Source of the DNA: an uncultured Candidatus Saccharibacteria bacterium
GTDB lineage: Bacteria > Patescibacteriota > Minisyncoccia > Phycocordibacterales > Phycocordibacteraceae
Reading direction: 5' to 3'
DNA: 64,000 nt
NCBI GenBank assembly: GCA_964569655.1
Contig: CAZMTN010000001.1
Span: forward strand, 139,395-203,394
Both the position numbers and the translations under genes were made by a program. This document shows positions 62,754 to 64,000 of this stretch, piece by piece (the stretch's first letter is position 1; the number at the start of each line of letters is the position of its first letter). A model generated the notes under the pieces. That model made no database searches and was not told where the DNA came from. It worked only from the letters and a program-made list of their open reading frames with translations.

Positions 62754-64000
62754 ATGCGAACCCCCATCGTCCACCCCGGAGCAGAGAACCTGCGCTACGA
62801 GATCCGCCGAATCGTCGAGGTGGGGAAGCAGATAGAGAAGCTCGGCACCCCGATCATCTGGGAGAATATCGGCGACCCCGTAGCGAAAGGCGAGCAGGTC
62901 CCGGACTGGATCAAGGGATACGTACGCGATGCGGTGAGCGAGAACGCGAGCTTCGGCTACTCGCCGACCAAGGGCCTCGACGCAGCCCGCGCGTACATCG
63001 CGAAGGAGCGGAACCTCGAAGGCGGCATCCAGATAACGCCGGACGATATCCTGTTCTTCAACGGCCTGGGGGACGCTATCTCCACTCTCTACGACCGCCT
63101 CCACCCCGGAGCGCGCGTCATCGGGCCGAACCCGGCTTATCCCACGCATTCCTCTGCGGAGTCCGCCCACTCCGACGCTCCGCATCTCACCTACAAGCTC
63201 GACCCGGAGAAGGGCTGGGAGCCGGATCTCGAGGACCTCGAAGAGAAAGTGAAGGCGCACCCGGAGATCGCGGGCATCATCGTCATCAATCCCGATAACC
63301 CGACCGGTTTCGTCTATCCTCAGGAGACCATCAGGAAGGTGGTGGATATCGCTCGCAGGTATAACCTTTTCGTCATCTCCGACGAGATCTATTCGAACCT
63401 CGCGTACGAGGGAAGCGGCATGAAGAAGCTCGCTTCTGTGATCGACGGCGTTCCCGGCATCGCCATGCGCGGCATCTCGAAGGAATTCCCGTGGCCCGGC
63501 GCCCGCTGCGGCTGGATCGAGTTCTATAACCGCGACAAGGATCCGGAATTCGATCGCTATGCTACCTCGCTTCTGAACGCCAAGATGCTCGAGGTCTGCT
63601 CGACGACGCTCCCACAGTTCGTGCTCCCGAAGATCATGAGCGACGAGCGCTATTTCCCGTATCTTGCCGAGCGCACCAGTACCTACGCGAAGAAATCAGC
63701 CAGGGCAGTAGAGGTGCTCTCAAAGATCCCGGCGATCACCATCCACCCGGCCAAGGGAGCGTTCTACATGACCGCCGTATTCAAGGAAGGCTCGCTCACG
63801 GACACGCAGTCCCTGCCGCTCTCGTCTGAAGCCGCTGCCGTCATCGCTCCGGTGCTCGTGGACGCGACGCTGGACCAGCGGTTTGTATACAACCTCCTCG
63901 CCGCGACCGGCATCTGCGTGGTTCCGCTCTCTATCGGCTTCAATTCTGACCTCCAAGGCTTCCGCTTCACGCTGCTCGAACCAGATGAGGTGAAGTTCGA
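62754..64000 (+). CDS. Class I/II PLP-dependent aminotransferase (alanine/aspartate aminotransferase-like); partial, continues past the window end
   Basis: Fold-type I motifs (NPDNPTG, SDEIY, PLP-Lys region ISKEFPWPGARCGW); no stop before 64000. Confidence 0.8.
   Translation, partial: MRTPIVHPGAENLRYEIRRIVEVGKQIEKLGTPIIWENIGDPVAKGEQVPDWIKGYVRDAVSENASFGYSPTKGLDAARAYIAKERNLEGGIQITPDDILFFNGLGDAISTLYDRLHPGARVIGPNPAYPTHSSAESAHSDAPHLTYKLDPEKGWEPDLEDLEEKVKAHPEIAGIIVINPDNPTGFVYPQETIRKVVDIARRYNLFVISDEIYSNLAYEGSGMKKLASVIDGVPGIAMRGISKEFPWPGARCGWIEFYNRDKDPEFDRYATSLLNAKMLEVCSTTLPQFVLPKIMSDERYFPYLAERTSTYAKKSARAVEVLSKIPAITIHPAKGAFYMTAVFKEGSLTDTQSLPLSSEAAAVIAPVLVDATLDQRFVYNLLAATGICVVPLSIGFNSDLQGFRFTLLEPDEVKF

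Noticed and set aside
1-64000. CRISPR arrays and rRNA genes
   Set aside because: No regularly spaced direct repeats and no 16S, 23S or 5S signatures. The only exact repeats are the duplicated terminator (44.6 and 45.2 kb) and the acidic-protein tandem repeat.

Overview
High-GC (~60%) bacterial chromosomal window, densely packed and mostly + strand. Housekeeping genes: infB (N-terminally short form, truncated at window start), an iscS-like cysteine desulfurase, clpB, rpmG, miaA, a peroxiredoxin, parB, a short rel, topA, dprA, serS, an ftsQ-like gene, dus, a short dnaX, tgt, uvrB, a sensor kinase/receiver pair, uvrA, a short uvrC, ddl and a pterin dehydratase. Four tRNAs were found by hand folding: Trp-CCA (-), Leu-CAA (-), Gln-TTG (+) and Ala-TGC (+). 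Short IF-2, UvrC, DnaX and Rel, many small membrane or secreted proteins, and widespread leaderless-looking promoters fit a reduced-genome lineage; Patescibacteria/CPR is possible but this is inference only. Two regions of lower GC sit next to tRNAs. One is a small islet after tRNA-Gln carrying a SAM methyltransferase. The other is a ~10 kb integrative element at tRNA-Ala. It carries a large serine recombinase whose 3' end overlaps the tRNA antisense, a 660-bp structured non-coding region, two tandem paralogs with winged-helix-like domains followed by a winged-helix-like/HEPN-motif protein, and a nine-gene operon led by an XRE regulator that encodes small membrane proteins, a CDA-fold deaminase and an alpha/beta hydrolase. 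Other notable loci are a 910-aa FtsK/HerA/VirD4-type P-loop ATPase with a 648-aa partner of unknown function, a VirB2-like pilin fused to a possible LAS/M15-like metal site, a secreted peptidoglycan-binding protein with a long acidic tandem repeat, tandem TspO paralogs, and a duplicated 50-bp terminator hairpin after two paralogous secreted genes. No rRNA or CRISPR array was seen. Every family assignment rests on motif recognition by eye, not on database searches.
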